Below the pieces are notes generated by a model. The model ran no database searches. It saw only the letters and a list, made by a program, of their open reading frames with translations, and was not told the origin of the DNA. From Lingula anatina (taxonomy: Eukaryota; Animalia; Brachiopoda): a stretch of 64,000 nucleotides of DNA. The translations under genes and the position numbers were made by a program. Of the stretch, positions 50,401 through 63,737 are shown one piece after another (position 1 is the stretch's first letter; each line of letters opens with the position of its first letter). Location of the stretch: contig CM120641.1 of assembly GCA_051362555.1 (NCBI GenBank), forward strand, positions 21,514,001 through 21,578,000. Direction: 5' to 3'.

Positions 50401-52253
50401 AACAAAGAGACCACTATCGTACCCTAGATTACACAACCCCACTTTATCAATGTGTTCGTCTTGTGACATCAATTGCATTGTTTTCGAGGTACTCTCGTAA
50501 TGGAGAGGTTGGTGAATTTCACTCAAGACGGAGTTCGAAATGGGTCTTTAAATCGTGACATTATGTACTAACCTTTTACTTATTCATCTTTTTATTCTAT
50601 TTTTTATATTTTATTGACATTTATTTATTGCTTTGTAAAGGTCTAAATCATATTATATACCTTTAAGTATTTAATTCCTCTTCAAATCTATGAGCCACAT
50701 ATATCATTAATCGATTTCGTTAGTGTGGTCACTTTAAAGTAAGGTAAATGAAAAATTAACGTATTCAGGCATTCAGCACCTTAAGAAGAGCTGTGAAATT
50801 AGACTTGCTATCTGCGTCAGGAAACTCCCAGTCGTAGTCCAGTCCGTCAAAGTCGTGTTGCCGTAGAAATTGCACTGTCCCCGAAATAAAGTTCTGCCTT
50901 TTTTCCCTGGTAGTTGACACAGCAATAAACGGAGCTGTTCCCATTTCCCAGCCACCTACAGCCAGGAGTACTTTCAGGTCGGGGTTGTTCACCTTTAAAT
51001 TATTGACTTTCGCATACATACCTTAAAGGATGGAATAACGAAGATGGTGAGCTGACGAAGATCGGGAAATTTTATTCAAGGCATAAATGTATAACTTTAC
51101 GGTTGAAAATTTACTTTGTGAGTCAAAAATTGGAATACAGGTGCTAAAACCAATCTAATAGTTTATAGCAACAGAATCAGACAGGCTTTAATTTGGGTGA
51201 CTGATTTCGGTATTTTTGGCATATCTATATTAGCTGCCAAGGATCACTAAATCGCTTCATACAAATTGAGACTTAATAATATATGTATACTCTTCCCATG
51301 ATCATAATAATAACAATGTGTGGAATGTTCGGCAAAACTGACCTATATTTGGTTTGGCAAGCACATCGTTCCATTGGTCCGGTTTCAGTCCTCCAGCGCT
51401 TATATTGGCAAACGCATAGATTATGTGGGTACATAGAGAGGCATTAATGTTGGCGGGGAAGAACTTTATGGAGTCATCTGTCCTGTATTGAGACCAGTTG
51501 GTGTAGTAGCATACCCTTTTGTACCCTGAACCTTAATATAGCAGAAATAAGACATTTTGTACTGTTAAGTCTAGCAGACTGAGGAACAATGAGAGTGCTT
51601 ACAATCTCGCAAGACGAGTGACGAAGAAAAGCGTAAATAAATGTCAGTGTGTGTGCTTGTGTTTGTGTGTTTGGAAGCAACTCAGTAACATGTCTTCAAA
51701 GCATACATTAATTCATACATTAAGTTTTTGGTAATATGAAAGATATAATACCTATGAAATTCATATTTTTATCTACCCGATAAAACTGAAATATATCATT
51801 TGTAAAGTTTTTGTACCTCCTTTATCTGCAGATGCTTTAGTTGGTAGCAGTGATAGTAGACTGCGCCCCATTCCCATAGGCAACGGTCTCCGTATATCGA
51901 CCCAACTCTACGGGGACTTTGATAAGTGCAAACAGCTTAACTGAATCACAGACCCCCTCTTGTTTCAAACTTATTCGAAAAATCACCAGCTTTTCTGTAT
52001 TCATGTACTGAACGCCAGGAGAGGCGTGTTAACAGTTAAGCTCATTGCACTCAGCGAAAATCCCTACAGAGCTGGGTCTATCCACGTAGACCGATGGTGT
52101 TTATGGGAATGAGGCCACGTCAACGGCTTGCGAAAATATCATATCGTTATGGATAATGGCCATACGTAACCATGCATGTCACCCATACTTACCTTGTGTC
52201 AAACTGAAAACATAAATCCCCATTAGGAGAACTGTCAGATGCCGCATATCCAT
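47448..52253 (-). CDS. Chitinase 2: GH18 catalytic domain, Thr-rich stalk, hydrophobic (GPI-signal-like) C-terminus, no CBM, ~425 aa
   Basis: Exons (minus) 52253-52193, 51525(or 51531)-51343, 51021-50780, 50172-50045, 49116-48984, 48747-48565, 48309-48181, 47908-47734, 47491-47448, all in frame. Signal peptide [21 protein letters not shown]; [38 protein letters not shown]; ends ...[28 protein letters not shown]. Confidence 0.9.
49452..49898. mobile_element. 447-bp TIR element with TGT...ACA ends (possibly Ginger-like, non-autonomous) in chitinase 2 intron 4
   Basis: ~45-bp TIRs tgtcacagattgaaaagttcataaacgcacgc / gtgtgcgtttatgaactgtttcaatctgtgaca. Flanks ACTT/ACTA (candidate 4-bp TSD, 1 mismatch). 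The paralogous intron in chitinase 3 is 251 bp versus 928 bp here. Confidence 0.7.
51863..52116. mobile_element. ~254-bp MITE-like element (family A, copy 2) in chitinase 2 intron 1
   Basis: Imperfect ~85-bp TIRs (cgccccattcccatagg... / ...ttatgggaatgaggcc). Empty site in the paralogue at ~59100-59120 (gtgatagtacactacgtcaa). Homologous to 2358-2612. Confidence 0.8.
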
Positions 52254-54839
52254 AATTCTTTTCTATTACTGTAAGAGAATTGTAACGTGATTGATACGGG
52301 TGATTAGGCACCTAAATATAATACAAGCCAATATAGATAAAAAAAGCGTACCTGCCTTCACCACATGTAGCTTTAAATAATAATTTATTATTGTATGATA
52401 TATCGAAATAGCATGTGACGTTTTTTCAATAATGACTCTTATGTGTAAGTAATCAACTGAGAGCAAAAAATATGACCCTAGTTGAATACTTACACATGAA
52501 GAATATGATTCAAAATCAAACTTCTGGTAACATATTACGAAAAATAAAATTTCACACCACGTAGAAATGTTAATGGGCGTTTTTTAAAAAAATCATTTCA
52601 TAAACCTAATACTTCTAAAGAGAATTACATGAAAGAAACAAAACTGGTGTACTGATAAAAACATAAAGCAGATGCTTGTAGAAAAAAATTAAGTTGTGTA
52701 TGAGTGGTCTCTATTGTTACAATTTTTGTTATACCTAAAACTCCCCTATGAAAAAAAAAACTCCATTACTTCTCTTCAATTTTACTGTGTACTGCTCTGT
52801 TTAATCCACCTTGAACTGAACACGTGTATATTAATAATACCAATTGTTTAGCTCTTTCATAATGAATATTGCAAAAATTGTTAATTTTGTTAACCTGCTC
52901 ACACTTAATCCCTCTTTTCATGAAAAATAAAAGCTGACAAAGAAAGTAATGAAAACTAATAAAATAAACCCTGAAGTAGGAAGAGAAATACAGAAAAAAC
53001 TCACCTCAGTATAACTTAATATTTGTATTTGGGAGGTTGTTACTCGATTGGTCATCAGGTCTGCAGTGATTAAAAGGTGCTATGCATGAAGTAATATGAC
53101 TAAAGGTTGTCTAATGGGTGAGGAAAATACTGTTTATCAGTTGTGACGCACATTTTATCATTTCATCAGATTGTAAGTACAGTATATAATATTAACCAGA
53201 ATCCAAGATTAAGGGGCGTTTTATTTGAAAGATGCTAGAATTATACTAATGACCTCAAAGACAAGGCAACTTAACCCAGTTTTATATCTATAGATCAAAC
53301 AGCTAGTGGTGTTCAGAGACTCAAGTCCTTTATTTCGTAAATCAGGCCTTTTAAGAGAGAGAAAACAATTTTAATTCATGGATTCAGCTCCTTGAGACAC
53401 CTGCGCTGAATTCTAGCTTCACTGGTTAAACTATATTCGACTTCAAAACACAGGCACTAGATCGAGGTACACTGTTCTACATGTACTTAGCAATTTGGTG
53501 ATAGGCCTAAATTGTGCATTTTTTTATCAACAAGCATGACATGGTCAATGAAATTCAAATCAAATCTGGATTGGACAAGTCTAAAAATTAAAAATATGGC
53601 CGCCAAATCCAAAATGACATTAAGGAACGTAACATTACTACAACGCTATATCCACATCTCGGCGACGTTATAACGTTTGTGTACTTTTCTGACAGCGACG
53701 GTGAAAGTGCAGCACAAAAATGATAATAAAGAGGCCTATACTATGCAAATTGACAATGAGTTGGTCATATTTAGTTTAACAATTGATATCGTGAAGTTCA
53801 CCAAAAATGAACTGAAACGTTTATTTACAATTTTTCTACAGTATGTACTCTTACCGTCACAACCATAGTCTGTACTTTTTTGTCTTTATTTGTTTCAACG
53901 GAGAGATCAATCTTCCTGCGATACCGTTTCAGTGAGGAACTGATTACGAGCAATTCGTTTAGCAACTTGATCAACTGCAGGGATTCTGTCTTAGTTTAGA
54001 GTAATAATTCTGTAAGCCAATAAACTTGAACATCAATGACTTAATTGCACCGAAACGTTATCACTGGTGGATGCACAGTAAAACTGCAATTTTGATTACA
54101 GTTGTGGTTGTGGTCAGGTTCACAGTAATGCCAGCAACGTTGTCTATCAGAAAAGTGACCCTGGCCGCAATTCCATATACCATGAAAAAGTGTGACATAT
54201 CATTTAGGGCCTTTATCCGACTTTAAGGCCATATGTACACCACCCCACTGTAAGTTTGTTTTTTTTTTGACAGTGGCTTTTAGCACTCAACTAATATAAG
54301 TGCCTTTTCTTAAAAGCTTCCACTGGATTTTCTTTCTTAATATAATTTATAAATGTCCTTAGGCTGTATCAAAAGCCATTTAAACATTGTTTTAACATTA
54401 ATGGTTCAGAAGAATTCAGAAATCAAGCTGACATAAAATAAATAACTATTTTTATTGACTCAAAAAATATTAATAAAAATAGGCATTATACAAAAGAATA
54501 TAAAAGAAAATTTATACTTTTCACATTTTTGCGATATTTGCTCACTTCAGACAATGTAAAATATCATGTCACCTTTTTTCATCTTTACAACGTGAATGTA
54601 TAAATCTGAAAAATTGTTATCATTCTTGACTAGATTAAGCAATCTATGGGAAGACCGTGTTAAACACCAGTAGCCTTTATCATAACATAAGCTTTTGAGT
54701 CACGTTTTCCAAGAAGTCCAAGCAGCACACTCATATAACATCCTAGCTGGATTTAGTTCCTTGGTTGTTCTACAGTTCATTCCATGTTTTTGACCAAAGC
54801 CTTTCCACTGTGCCCAGTGCATATGTAGAAGCAGAAGTG

Positions 54840-57800
54840 TTACGTCCGTAGCAGAATTGTGAATAATAATCCACAACAAAGAATGGAATACTGTTTTAGG
54901 GAAGAAAAGTATTGCTCGGCTGCACTCACGCATCTTATGAAATTGCACCGATCTGTACAGAGAAAAAAGATACATTGAAAGACAAATATCACACACACAC
55001 AGTTAAAAGAAAAAAGAATGCGCTACTGAAATGTTTATGTATTTTTGTCTATGCATGCGTGTCAAAGGAAAAAGGTTTAAAAAAACGGATATGTTTTTTT
55101 AAAAGGAAATTGGCATACTGATAATTTTTTTTTTTTTTTTGGTTTTTCGTCTAAAGAACATTATTTTGGTAAATTATAATTATTTACCTAGATATTGGTC
55201 TTAACAATTCCTTTAGAATAAACATAAACATCGGTTGCGAAATATTCTGTTGAATGTACTTACCACGAGTTGTTGTGGGAGTCAAGCCAGTAGTAGTAGT
55301 GGATTTCTCATACACAGCCAGTCTCTCGTTGGCTGCACTTAGCAATGGATAAATTCCCGTTCCACATTTGTTATTGAAGTCATCCATATCTAAAGGCCAG
55401 ATCATTATACCCGCAAGGCTTTCATTGACGGCATAGTCAACCTAAAATGGTTGCGACGTAAATATAATGCTCGTAAGGATACCACCAGTTAAACAACTTT
55501 GTACGCTATAAACCTCTGTATACTAAAAAATGATACCATCCAATGGTAGCTAATTCACCGCTATAAGTGAAAAACCGATACCAAACTCGTAAACAGCAGA
55601 ATCAAGAGCAAGACTAGTGCAAAACAGTGGTAATACAATATTCGTGCAAAAGTAATACAATATTCGTGCAATTGGAATGTTGCTTCCACTACTGATGGAA
55701 TAAAGCTGTTGTATTTGTCTTTAAATGGTATACCTTTTCCCTGATGCTCCTAGGATTGTCATATCCCACCCACAGGTTCTCCTGTCTGTTGAAAGCATAT
55801 GGTACTTTTCGCTCATCATCCCATTGTTCCTCCCAAGCTGGATCTTTCAGGTTCTCGCAAATCTGAAGAATAATAGGAACGTGCATGTCAGTTGCAAATT
55901 GAAATTTTACATAAAAATTGTCCCATGATATTGCCAACAAAAGCGAAAAGCAACCCATAGCTTTGCAGTTGACAGCGTTACCCAATGCAAACATAAAACG
56001 ATATGATACAGAAATTACGTTTCAACACGCGCTCACATTGTGTACGGTTTGTCACAGTAAAATTTGGAAAATGCGAGGTATACAGTATGTTAATACATCT
56101 GTAGCTAAAAATAAACAAATTTATTAAGGAAAAAACTCAACCTACCTCATAATATGGGTACATGCGGGGTTCACCGGTATACCTTCCCGCAGGGCCATAG
56201 TCGAGAGCCTGCGCTCCTGGAGTGGTATTACCATTTAGGGTTTTGAAATTTCTACCATACGCGCCCAAGCCCAGAACCAGTTTTTCTCGCTGTGCTCCTT
56301 TCTTAATCCACATCTTTATGGCGTAGTCCTGAAAAAAAGATCGTATTTTTCGCTTTCAAGAGTCATTTCACCAGCCCAAATACATTTGTTTTGAAACGCC
56401 CTGTCATAGTACATTAATAAATTTGAAATAATCTCACCTTAAACTTTTATTCAATCACATTTTCATATCATAAAAAGTGCCTGGCCATCAGATTAAGAAG
56501 AATTATTCTACTAAAGCACCTCATTTAACAAGCTTGCAGTTTAAAAAAAGAATTATTCTACTAAAATATTTAATTTTAATAGTTTAGTACATTTATCTTT
56601 TTGTCTTCACTTACGACATTGTGCGTTGCCATTACATCATTGTCTTCCTCGCCAGAAAAGAGCGCCGCGTTCTGCATCAGGCGTTTTCCTTGAGCAGGTC
56701 CAAGTTCATGGAAATCGTATGCCATAAGATTGATGAAATCCACGTTCCTTTAAAATGTTCATCAAACGTTTAAAACAGATAACGTCACAATTTCGTGAAA
56801 TGATGAGACTTTTATTGTCCCTGTAAAGATGAAGTTTCGTTTTAAGAGTTTGGACCTGTGACACTTTACCTTGTACAACAGTTTATGAGGCCTACATGCT
56901 TCAAACCTGCAATCGGATACTCTCGGCAGATTCTGTATATCGTCAAACGACTTATGGCACACTTATGGTATCTACCAAGGGTACCCAAATACACATACCT
57001 GGAGACTTCCTCGACTTGATACCCCTGCTCTACTGCCCATTTCCCTGTTGCAACTGCTGCTGAGAGTATCAATTTCTTTTTACCAGCGGCAGCGGCCTCA
57101 GATTCGAAGTTTTCGTTGGTTTCCTAAATAAATAAAAAATGAAAGTTTTTCTTTATTAGAAATATTATACTGTTTGAGAGGTCTTAGGTACATGAAGACA
57201 GCAAAGGTATCTAACAAGACTGAAAAGGTGCACTACGGAGTGGCAAGGGCCGCTTGTCATGGTCTCACTCTTATTTCATTCTTTCGACGTTTTCAAATTT
57301 CCATTGATAAGGCTAACATTTCGTTCTTTTTTAGTATGCCTCCCCTTTATATGCTTTTATATCTCTTAATCCCCAAACTTTTTTTTCGGTAATTTGACCG
57401 AATCTCTATGTTTCAACTTTAATTTTAACTTGCAAATGGATCTGTTCACACGTGGCTAAAATTTAGACTGAAAAAGGGCTGCATCACCGGATGACCAGAA
57501 TACACCACTCTCGTACCTTAAATTATAGAACCCCACGCTCATAAATGCGCTCGTTTTGTGATATCAATAATATTGACGAGTTACCTTAAAGGAGATAGAG
57601 ACTAATAGATTTGAAAATAGAAAGAAAACGGAAACGTTAACTATGTCTTAACGTTTTAGTGCCACAGATAACATTACTTGATTATTCAAGTGTAACCATT
57701 GAATAAAATGTATAGAAAAATTAACGCCTTCATGTAAATATTCAGAAACTATCACCTTAAGAAGATCTGTGAATTTAGACTTGCTATCTGCGTCAGGAAA

Positions 57801-58175
57801 CTCCCAGTCGTAGTCCAGTCCGTCAAAGTCGTGTTGCCGTAGAAACTGTGCCGTCCTCGTGATAAACTTCTCCCTTTTTTCCCTCGTAGATGACACAGCA
57901 ATAAACGGGGCTGTTCCCATTTTCCAGCCACCTACAGCCAGGAGTACTTTCAAGTCGGGGTTGTTCGCCTTTAAGTTATTGACTTTCGCATACATACCTA
58001 GAGAGATTGAATATCGAAGATAATACACAAAGCTTTACTATACAAATGTACGGTTAAAAAAAATCAAAGTTGTAAGTCAAAAATTTTAATTAGATACAAC
58101 TGCGATATCCCATCTAATTCTAGCTTTGTAAACTAACAAAACAGTTTTTAACCGATAAAATTAGCCAACGTTTGA

Positions 58176-58214
<39 letters not shown>

Positions 58215-59265
58215 TCTGTGTCAAGGATAACTTAACTGTTTCATACAAATTTAAACAGCTTTATATGAAATCAAATATAATATTATTCATGATCATAATA
58301 ATAACAATGTGAGAAATATTCGGCAATACTAACCTACATTTGGTTTGGTAAGGACGTCGTTCCACTCGTACGGTTTCAGTCCTCCGTCGCTTATATTGGC
58401 AAATGCGTAGATAATGTGTGTGCATAGTGAGGCATTAATGTTGGCGGGGAAGTACTTTATGGAGTCATCTGTCCTGTATTGAGACCAGTTGGTGTAGTAG
58501 CATACTCTTTTATATCCTGATCCTTTACATAGAAGAGATTAGACACTGTTAAGTCTAGTAGATTTAGGAACAATTAGAGTGCTCACAGTCTCACAAGTGG
58601 GAGTGATGACTAAAAGCATAAGATTTTGTCTCTGGCAACACAGCAACTTATCCTGAATTGTTATTATTTGAAAATATAGCTCTGTATTTGTAATGTATCA
58701 CTGTTATTCATCATCCTTTTGAGTTCAGACAAAACTTCTTCAAAATGATCTTATTCGACGATTTTATTGTGAAATGATGCCCCGAGCATTGATAATCGCC
58801 TCTTAAAGGAAGTGTCAGTCTCAAATAAGATCACCTTCTAAGAGTATATAAAATTTTATAGGTCCTACATCACTTTTTGACCTTTGGATTTTTTAAACCC
58901 ACTTTTTTGTGACGTACGTAAGCTATTGAATCAATATTCTTATCTGACAGAAACAATATCAATATCAATTTCGTCGTAATATATAGATAATACCTATGAA
59001 TTCATATTGAATTTTATTTTATCTACCCGATATAATTGAAAAGTATCATTTGTTAAGTTTAAGTACCTTCTTCATCTCTACATACATTTGCTGGTAGCGG
59101 TGATAGTACACTACGTCAAGAGCTTGCTAAAACATGTTAATGTCGTCTAATTATTCAGGTAGGAGTTATAATTAACCATTTGCATGCCACTCAATACTTA
59201 CCTTGTGTTAAACTGAACAAGTAAATCCCCATTAGGAAAACTATCGGAAGCCGCATACCCATCAT
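54840..59265 (-). CDS. Chitinase 3: paralogue of chitinase 2, GH18 domain + Thr-rich stalk + GPI-signal-like C-terminus, ~449 aa
   Basis: Exons (minus) 59265-59202, 58516(or 58522)-58334, 57997-57756, 57123-56999, 56747-56615, 56328-56146, 55862-55734, 55441-55264, 54952-54840, in frame (1350 nt). Signal peptide [22 protein letters not shown]; [11 protein letters not shown]; ends ...[41 protein letters not shown]. Confidence 0.9.
58176..58212. repeat. (GT)n(GC)n compound microsatellite
   Basis: Alternating purine-pyrimidine run. Confidence 0.9.
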
Positions 59266-59991
59266 TCTGTTCTTAATCTGTAAAACAATTGTAATCAAAG
59301 GTGCCTGTATAATATCAGTCCTATGAATAAATAAACGTGCATGCATTGCATTGTTCTTTTGCCTACATATATAAAATGGCGAACTTACCTTGACCAATGA
59401 AGCACATGTAGCTTAAACAATCATTGACTGTTAAATGATATATCAAAATAGCATTTGTCGTTTTTTTCCCAAATTTGACTCTCGTGCATGAGTAATAAAC
59501 TGAGAGTCAAGAATGACTCTCAAGAATGACTCTCAGTTGATTACTCAGACATAGGGAATTATTTGTAACAATTTATCTAGAGTCGAACTCATAAACCTAA
59601 CAAACGAAAAGTCAGGTTTAATGGTGATATTAATTGCAGTTGCATATGATTTATGTCCCCTTCTCATAGTATCAAATGAACTACATATAAAATTTACGCC
59701 TACAATTAATTAAGATTCAGAACTAACTACTTCTCGCACCTAGCTACGGTCCCTGAGAGGAAGCGGTGTGTGGTACACCTATATAAAAACCAGGTTTTTT
59801 CACTCCTAAACTGGGGCCCACAATGACTTTTTAATTTACCCTTACCAATGGTTGTTAAAGGGATAATGTGTTCTACTGTCACCATCAATTTAAGTTAAAG
59901 AACACTTTTTTCCGCGCGATGGTGGCGACGGCGGTGACAGTTTTGTTGGCAGTAATAAGGGGTTGTGCTCTTTTTTTGTTTTGTTTTGTTT

Positions 59992-61967
59992 TAGTAGGCT
60001 TGTTAAGGACCAAAAAATGGCCAAACGCTACATTTTGTAGTACAAATGTCTAACTTGGCATAAATGTTCCTTGGGCCAAAAGAAAATTTTTTATCCAAAG
60101 AGACGCCCTCTATCGATACATTAATTAGCATAAATTATGCAAATTAGGTGCCAAAATATATAATATTTCATATTTCCATTAATATTTGGCCTAGAAACAT
60201 GTATAGATTATCAAACCTGACTAAATTAGGGACAAGGAACCCATTTTTGATCATTTGGAAGCAATTGGTGGCCATTTTGTGCCTCAAATCCAAGATGGCC
60301 GCCGCCCGCCATTTTGAAAGTGGACATAATTTTGCTATTTTATGTTGAATTTTGAAGCGTTTGGTCTAACTATACTTGATATATATATCGATTCTTACTA
60401 TTTTGGGGGTGCAAAAGTCATTTTTGATATTGTTATGGTGATAGTAGGTGATTTGAAGGAACAAAGAGGGTGTTTTAAGTGCCTACCAAGATATGTGTGA
60501 ACGCTGCAAAACCATGGATATTAATAACCCGTATTCAAATATATCTCAATGCAATTTTTTGTTATATACCATCGCTGTTGGACTATATTATGAGCAAAAA
60601 AAACCCCTCATTTTTACCATTATGAAGGCCATTGTGGCCGTTTTGTCCCTCAAATCCAAGATGGCCGCCAAAAACTATTTTGAAATTGGGCATAATTCGC
60701 TATTTTGAAACTATATGTATTACATCTTTGTAAATGAGTAATACCTCGTTTTATATTATTTTCTGGTGCAGAATACATTGTCTGTTTCATGAAATGTGAG
60801 TACAAACTATTTTAGCCTCCAAAATCAATATGCATGTAGGCTTAAGTTGTCAAATAGTCTAATTAGTACATGTAGTCTAATTAGTACAAAATGTTTTATT
60901 AAATCCTAAAGAGCTTGAAACAAGCGTCAAAGACCAAAATGGCTTAATTAAAGGTAAAGAATACATACTTGGTGCTTTGGAGACAATTGGTAGCCATTTT
61001 GATCCTCAAATCCAAGATGGCCGCCAGTCACAATTTTGAAATACAGGTAAGGCATAACTCATCAATTTGAAGCTATTGCTCTTACACTAGCATGTTATAC
61101 ATCGTTTCTTATCATTTGGGTTGTAGAAGTCGTGTCTTATCTCTTCTGAGATATAATACAAAAAGAAAATATTACAAGGCTCCAACACCAATACAGGCTT
61201 ACGTCTTCACCTTCGCTTGTATACGTCTTGAAGTCAAATTTGTGCAAAAATATGTTATATAACAATTATAAAATGGTTTTGCCAGACATAGATTAAGTGC
61301 AAGAGACCAGCATGGCTGTTTCGACTTAATGGTGACTACTGTTAGCTATTCTGTTCTTCATATCCAACAGCCTGTCACTATTTTAAAATTATGGCATAAT
61401 TTACCTTTTTGAGCTGTTGGACTTTCATATATGATCGTAATACATCAATTGATACTATTTTGGAAGTACGTAATTAATTTCCGGTGTTATTCTGGTGAAG
61501 AGGATAATAACAAAGGCATAAGGTGTATTAAGATGATTCCAAGATGAATTTTCCTGTAGTTGTCATATACTGTAGATGTTTTGTGCTTGTTCGTCCATTG
61601 GAAACAATGAGAACTACCTGTATGTAGTTGCCTTATGGATTACTATTGGTAGTGAGATGACTTGTCTGGCCAAATCATGCTAGGAATGATCACTGGCACT
61701 GTCAACTAGGAAAAGAGGCTGCTTCCTCTACTTTTTTGCTTTATCCCTCTTGCCTACCTGCGCAGCTGCTGCTTTCTAGTTGGTTTTGCAGATTCCTTCT
61801 TTTGTATAAAGATACCACTTTCCTCTGATGCGACATGTTCTCATGCATTGATGATACTCTGGAAACTGGATTTTAATATATTGTTTGGCTGTTTCTCATA
61901 GGACACTGACAAAACCTCAATTCTTACTAGCTGTTGTCTTATTGGCCTACCAGAGCTGATCATGCAT

Positions 61968-62015
<48 letters not shown>

Positions 62016-63737
62016 GCTGCTGGATGATTTTGCAGACAAGATCTGGAGCTATTTTAAAGCAAAGTCCATTTGCTTGTCTTTCACGGGCATTTTCGCATCA
62101 ATACAACTAACCAAGTTCTATAGTATTATAAGACGACACATTTTTCACCCTTCAAATTTTCTGGATTATATTTAACATGCAAATGCAAGCCCCAGTGACT
62201 GGGACATAAATGTACATGTGGCTTTTTGGTTCACATTGACCAGTAAAAGATTAATAATATAATACCACTATGTATATATATTTATTGCTTACCTTTAAAT
62301 TATTCAGTATCTTTTAGTGGATGGTCACTTAAGATAAATCTAGATGATATATTTGAGCATGTGGTTCGGGTTCCACATTTTTGTTACAGACTCAACGAAA
62401 CTCATCTTGGAATTTATTTTACAACCTTATATTACAGTACCTTTTTATTATCTTCTGTCACCAAATTAGCACCGGAAAATTACTTTTGAGCCCCCAGAAT
62501 AGTACGATTTTACCTAATACAAGCCCACAGTTCAAAGGTTATAAATTACACCAAATTATTAAAATAGCGGCATGCAACCAACACTTGGTTTTGATCAAAA
62601 TAATGGCTAACAATTATCCTCATGCGGTCAAAGATGTATTATTTTGCTTTCATGCAGCCATTTTGTTTGCTGACACTTGTTTTATTGTTCGGGCAAAAGC
62701 AGTTTTGAACTAATTGGATTACTATACATATAAACTGCAGGCCCATGTGGCGACTGAATCCTATATTTATTTGGAGGCTTATAAAAGTTTCTATTTACAT
62801 TTTATGAAACCGAAAATGCATTCTGCACCAGGAAATAATCAAAAATGACGTATGGCACGCTTATGAAGGTGTGATAGTTTCAAAATGGTGAATAATGCTC
62901 AATTTGAAAATGGCGTATGAGGGTCATCTTGGATTTGAGGCACAAACTTTATGAAACAAATAATGTATTCTGCACCAGAAAATAATATAAAACGACGTAT
63001 TACTCATTTACAAAGATGTAATACATATAGTTTCAAAATAGCGAATTATGCCCAATTTCAAAATAGTTTTTGGCGGCCATCTTGGATTTGAGGGACAAAA
63101 CGGCCACAATGGCCTTCATAATGGTAAAAATGAGTTTTTTTTTGCTCATAATATAGTCCAATAGCGAAGGTATATAACAAAAAATTGCATTGAGATATAT
63201 TTGAATACGGGTTATTAATATCCATGGTTTTGCAGCGTTCACACATATCTTGGTAGGCACTTAAAACACCCTCTTTGATCCTTCAAATCACCTACTATCA
63301 CCATAACAATATCAAAAATGACTTTTGCACCCCCAAAATAGTAAGAATCGATATATATATCAAGTATAGTTAGACCAAACGCTTCAAAATTCAACATAAA
63401 ATAGCAAAATTATGTCCACTTTCAAAATGGCGGGCAGCGGCCATCTTGGATTTGAGGCACAAAATGGCCACCAATTGCTTCCAAATGATCAAAAATGGGT
63501 TCCTTGTCCCTAATTTAGTCAGATTTGATAATCTATACATGTTTCTAGGCCAAATATTAATGGAAATATGAAATATTATATATTTTGGCACCTAATTTGC
63601 ATAATTTATGCTAATTAATGTATCGATAGAGGGCGTCTCTTTGGATAAAAAATTTTCTTTTGGCCCAAGGAACATTTATGCCAAGTTAGACATTTGTACT
63701 ACAAAATGCAGCGTTTGACCTCTTAACAAGCCTACTA
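59992..63737. mobile_element. ~3.75-kb non-autonomous DNA transposon with ~800-bp TIRs (TAG...CTA ends)
   Basis: 59992-~60795 and ~62945-63737 are near-identical reverse complements; mirror ORFs 60148/63591 and 60493/63246 in the track confirm this. Repeated cctcaaatccaagatggccgcc motifs. No intact transposase ORF inside. Confidence 0.9.

Larger units (their letters stand above)
53696..59600 (-). repeat. Second copy of a tandem segmental duplication (first copy ~46207-53600); homology resumes at ~63780-63960 after a large insertion
   Basis: Non-coding flanks align: cagcacaaaaatgataataaag at 46226 and 53710, and gtctctattgttac at ~52707 and ~63877. All chitinase 2/3 exons and introns are collinear. 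Confidence 0.88.

Noticed and set aside
61560-61960. Possible transposase remnant (minus-strand LFLVDSASDH)
   Set aside because: Multiple stops and only a vague resemblance to a DDE motif; not supportable without a search.
60148-63591. Duplicated ORFs MPKYIIFHIS.. and MCERCKTMDI.. on opposite strands
   Set aside because: By-products of the terminal inverted repeats; no recognisable protein motif.
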